A stretch of 64,000 nt of DNA from contig NOWV01000101.1 of the NCBI GenBank assembly GCA_003344405.1, positions 62,001 to 126,000 on the forward strand, written 5' to 3'. Positions 57,501 through 64,000 of the stretch are shown here, piece after piece. The notes under the pieces were generated by a model that ran no database searches, was not told the DNA's origin, and worked only from the letters and a program-made list of their open reading frames with translations. Positions within the stretch are counted from its first letter, which is position 1, and each line of letters starts with the position of its first letter. A program made the position numbers and the translations under genes. The DNA is from Trichoplax sp. H2. Its lineage: Eukaryota.

Positions 57501-58230
57501 ATGTAATGTACGATCATGTGTTATACAAGTGGACAGCCTGCGATGGTGGCAAGTAGTGAATACAAGAGCTGTAAATTGTAAGCATGGATGTATATTAACT
57601 TAATGCAACAAAATGGCATCATTGCAGATAACCGACAAGCTCTAAAAATGATAGCATAATACCATCATGATTACAGTGCTACGTACCTTGACAACAGAGC
57701 ACAATATTGTCGCATTTCGACATATTTCATCGACTAGAATATCTTGATCATCATGGCGCAAACGTCTAGTAGAAATATATCATGTTTAATACAAGTAGGT
57801 TGTGTAATCACTTTACTATTATACCTAAGCACCATAGCTTTTAACTTTGCAAATACGGTCCACAAAGTAAAAATATAGTATCGTTTAATGGCTAACGGCC
57901 ACGACATGTTAAAGCTATAATAGGCATAAGCATATACTGTACTGTACTGTAGATAGTCATCCATAGCAATTCGTATATGATAAACTGATCAATATTCGAA
58001 CGACGTAGTACGATGAAAGAAAGTCGATAAACCAAAGGATAGCTTTTATCGCTGACTATTTGTAATCTAATTTTACCCTATTAACCCGATAAAAGTTTAG
58101 CAACGTATTGAACTTACTCAGTTAATGTCAGGTAGGCATCGATACGATCTTCATCGGGTGCAGTCTTATCACCTAAACTAACTAATAATGATTTGAATGC
58201 TCCATGGCGAGGTGCTGTAGCAACCATCAT
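48537..58230 (-). CDS. RIF1: Telomere-associated / replication-timing regulatory factor RIF1
   Basis: N-terminal HEAT region DRIDAYLTLT...LASLQALGYCLYH...RCTRALWCVAKQ. C-terminal SPTGILKR...SPSGK|ARRVTF (PP1-docking) and NICTVGDLCSLSENQVQSLPIRSPKIPNIKNALRKF. Stop TAA at 48537-48539. Many short introns. Confidence 0.93.
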
Positions 58231-58803
58231 ATTCGAGTCTTGCACGCAATCTACTAATGTAACAAGCACTCCAATTGACCTCCACCAGAGTCTTTTTCTT
58301 AACCTATCATCATCAAGCAGATCATTATTAAAAGATCAATAACATGGAAAATCAATTCTCACGTTAACCCAGATACTACGCTATCTACAGTAAGACGCCA
58401 GACATCATTTGCGACTTACTGACTAAACTAAAGCATGATTGTAACGTAGAACAAAGTACGTCCTCGTCGACAACAATCAAATAAGTTTCTATTACCCTGT
58501 AGACAACAACTATTAACCTAGACGTAGCAAGCAATCTTCTACCAGATTGTACCATGAAATCCTATTTCCTATTCTACCTTAATAAGATTAATGATTAACT
58601 ATGTAGGATTTACACGCTGCTCGTCTAGGGCACCATCTTCCCTACTACACAAAACATTAACATCATGCTACTATTTTACGATCAATATTGACTGTCGTCT
58701 CTTTATTACATCAATATGTTCCAACAGACTTGTTAATAACTATAAAAGGCCTACAGTCTATAACAGAGAAGAAGAACAACAAATTGAACATGCCATCGGC
58801 CAT

Positions 58804-58856
58804 CTTACCTCTTGATCTAAACACCTCGAAAAATTGCGCGAAATGCAATTCGCGCC
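58804..58856 (-). promoter_or_regulatory. Putative RIF1 promoter/5'UTR exon with paired E2F-like sites
   Basis: GCGCGAAA (TTTCGCGC on the minus strand) at 58836-58843 and TTCGCGCC at 58849-58856, just upstream of a minus-strand AG|GTAAG donor at about 58804-58810. Confidence 0.55.
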
Positions 58857-58957
58857 AACATGAAATACAGTAGGCGTGGGGAGATCTACAGTATGATGTG
58901 CTGTACAGTGTACAGTGCTCAGTCCTGGAGTACTGTACACTGTACCAGGAACTTCTG

Positions 58958-59298
58958 AGACAAGTACTGTACACAGTACAGTACAGTGTTTGTTTCAGGA
59001 GTCTCTGACTGACGAATCATACAGTGCAGTAGGGAATGAATATACCGCACCAGACGGACAGACCTCCATAGCACCGAATCCATGTTGAATAGCTAATTAA
59101 TTATTTAATTATTTAGACAAGTACTGTACTGTACACTGTACCGTACAGTAGCTACAGTACAGTGTTTGTGTCAAGAGTCTCTGACTGACTAATCATACAG
59201 TGCAGTAGGGTACGAATATACCGCACCAGACGGACAGACCTCTATAGCACTGAATCCATGTTGAATAGCTATTTAATTAATTAATTATTTAATTATTT
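58958..59298. repeat. Tandem duplication, 2 copies (about 157 and 184 bp), upstream of RIF1
   Basis: AGACAAGTACTGTA...TATACCGCACCAGACGGACAGACCT...GTTGAATAGCTA...TTATTT at 58958 and 59115; the second copy has extra TAC(T/A/C)G units. Confidence 0.9.
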
Positions 59299-61570
59299 AT
59301 GCACTAGCAAAACCACATACGAGTCCATGGCAAAACCCTTGAAAATTTCGCGAATTGAAGGGTTAATTCAACATTGTGATATGCCGATGCAGCATACCAC
59401 CATTACCAGGTCCTTTTCTAGCGACTAATAATCCATGAAAGGGTCGTTTGGCATGCTTAATTAATTAAAATGTCCAGGCCGACTATTTACTCCTGGTCAT
59501 TTGGACTATATTATCATCCAAATCACCTGCCGCTGACTCATTTTGCTCGATTACGGCAGACGCTTTCAGTAGTAGGGTAGAAATGTAGAATAGAATGACT
59601 AAAACGACTACTTTGAACACCAGTAAGCTGCATCTGGACAAAAATAATGTCACATATGGTAATGATTCGTTCTGTCAGAAAGTAATTCCATTCGCATGAC
59701 ATCATTTTTGTCTGGACAATACAGTGCTATATTATTATTTTTACTTTTAGTAGTCGCCCTAGATGCTTATTCTATATTACGACCTTAGACTACTAAAGGC
59801 AATGGCAGCAAATGCAGAGCAAAATAGTGTCTGTATTATCTCTAGAACTTTCACGTCTCTCTCTTTTTTAGTTTACATTAGTACAGTACTGTACTGCAAA
59901 TCAGCTGAGCTACTGCCTGCTGAGTATTCAACACGGTTCGTATTACTATGTATGTATTAAGCGGAGTCGGGAATAGGGAGGGAGGCCTATTAGTATTATT
60001 TATTTACTGTTCAATATTATTAAACTCTTACATTTTTGTTATAAATGTCAGAAAACTTCTAGTACAGTAGTCTGATGATGCAGGCTTCGCTTTCGAGCAG
60101 TCAAATGAAAATATCGATATATTCGTATGTTATATAGTCATTTTGACTCTGCAGTCTGAGAAATCTTATGCACTGTATGTAGATAATATTATTATTATTT
60201 ATTTATACGTTCAGTATTATATACTAATGGGTTAAGGAAAGAGACTGTATGATGGAAATTGCAAAATTCCTAAAACCTAGCCGTACAGTAGATGTATAAA
60301 CTATATCACTCAATAATGACTGTATAAAGGCCCAGATAATGAAAAATCACACTCAGCAGAACTTCTTGATACGGTAATTGCGAAAGAAAATGACTAATCA
60401 TGAATTCAGATCGCAATGGAAGGATATAGGAATTGAATCCTCACTCGAACCAACAGGAACTGCATGGAAGAATATTTAATAGAAACTACAGTACGTGGAA
60501 AAGATAACAACAGAAAAATGTAAAAGAATAACATCAGACTCTAATACGAGCAAATGGCCAGTAACATAGCAAGTCGCGAATGAATATTCTATTAATCTCT
60601 GCCAAAAGAAGTAGATTTCTGAGTACTGTCAGCCTTAGAAGTCTCTGTATCAGCACGGAGACAAGGCTGAAGCACTGCTAAAAGATGAACAACTTTCTTA
60701 TACTTGAACTTACTAAGCCCTTTAGAAATGTATACCTTACTTAAGTGGGTGATAACCTGCATGTCCACTCGACTACAGTAAACTAAAGTTATAATTATCA
60801 TTTAGCTAAGGCTAATTGCTTCAAACTGATACATTGAAATCAATTATGGGACAGGCTCATCCAGCTAGAGCAACAGCATATAAAAGTTGTAAGCCCTCTT
60901 TATTCAAGGTAAATGAGCAACAATTAAAATTCCACAAACGGTATACAGAAATTTTGATTATCTGAAATGAAGAATAACAACGTACAATGATAGCACTGCA
61001 CGATAGACTACATGCAATAGGTATAACACGATATGATCTTGTTGCATAGTGATAACTTTTGCACTGTAACAGTACCAAAAGCTGCTGATCTCAAGAAGCA
61101 CAGCTTTATATCAGTAAAAGCTCAGAATTAGAATTTGCAGCGATAGGACACATTCGCCAGCTTTCGTCCATTAAATAACTGTACCATAAATGCAGAATTT
61201 GCAATCATTCACAAATCAAAAACAACTATATACGTATTATATGCATGTATACATGTAGTAGAGTACATTAAAAAATAATCACGTCAGTTTGACGTAACCA
61301 CATGCCATTTAAAAAAACTACTCTTTCCTTTCTAATTGTTATACAGGACTATTATACAAATGCGTATATAGCCATAAATTGGCTATAAAGTTTACAATGC
61401 GACCAGGAAATGGCTAATTAATCCATGAATTGACACATGAATAAGTTTATCTGCAACTGCAATTACAATAGCACTTCGTTTTATTATACTTTAAATTTTT
61501 TTCAATGATGAAGCTAAAAGCAGTCTTATTTTACTGATTTTATTGAACATCGGTATGGGTTGTACTCCAA

Positions 61571-63018
<1,448 letters not shown>

Positions 63019-63622
63019 GGGTTTGTCTCCTGCTATTGAAGCAATCGCTTCACAGTACAGTACAGTACAGTAGTCGTTGGTCAGCAAGAGTTTGAATGTG
63101 CAAAACGACTTGTCATTGCTGTTAGGGTCACCTCTTTGACGACATGGGTTTGTCTCCTGCTATTGAAGCAATCGCTTCACTCAAAGGTATGACCATTTAT
63201 TTTGCACATTCTATTTGTCGTGCTGTAACCTAATACAGTACAGTACAGTACTGTAGTACAGTACTACTAGTTGACTGCGTAGAGATCACGCCACTGGCGT
63301 TGGCCCATCAGGGCGTTACAGGAAGAAAGTACATAGTACTGTACTGTACAGTACCTGTTAATACTGTGCACTGTAGAGGACTGGAGACTTGGCTTACTAT
63401 ACTGTTCAGTCATTGCGCAGAAAAGCTTGGAGTACACGTGATAGCTAGAAGGCCAAAATTGCAAATCTTGCAAGCAATTTCACCACCTAAAGATTCGACA
63501 GTCTTGTATAGTATCGCTTGACTAGGGATCATTTTCTATTTTACGCTACTTCAAGAGGAAATAAGATTGTCAACTACCTCAAATCAGTCAGAGTCATCCT
63601 ATNNNNNNNNNNNNNNNNNNNN

Positions 63623-64000
<378 letters not shown>

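Noticed and set aside
60240-61080. Coding-like purine-rich stretch and short ORFs between RIF1 and IDI1
   Set aside because: Interrupted frames with no recognisable homology or consistent exon chain.

Overview
AT-rich, intron-dense eukaryotic genomic DNA with short introns and three N gaps. Gene content and compactness suggest an early-branching animal, plausibly the placozoan Trichoplax (inference, not verified). Nine spliced genes were reconstructed by hand: a KIF28-like kinesin-3 (5' end outside the window), a small Tim17-superfamily-like membrane protein, GTPBP10, an acidic/Pro-rich/RS protein with an RBM33-like motif, BTBD8, a divergent CDK5, TMEM198, RIF1 and IDI1. A possible decayed cadherin-like gene is also present. 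Gap-flanked duplicates of the BTBD8 5' end and an IDI1 exon look like co-assembled haplotypes. The most striking non-coding signal is arrays of mixed-orientation TACAG/TACTG pentamers matching Tc1/mariner-type excision footprints. They cluster at gene 5' ends and differ between duplicate copies by whole pentamers. At one site about 190 bp upstream of BTBD8, the two copies carry two different TIR elements with intact target-site duplications. Other highlights are a U12 AT-AC intron end, a CaaX-tailed kinesin, a GC-AG intron and E2F sites in RIF1, and an HRDITPQN catalytic loop in the CDK5-like kinase.
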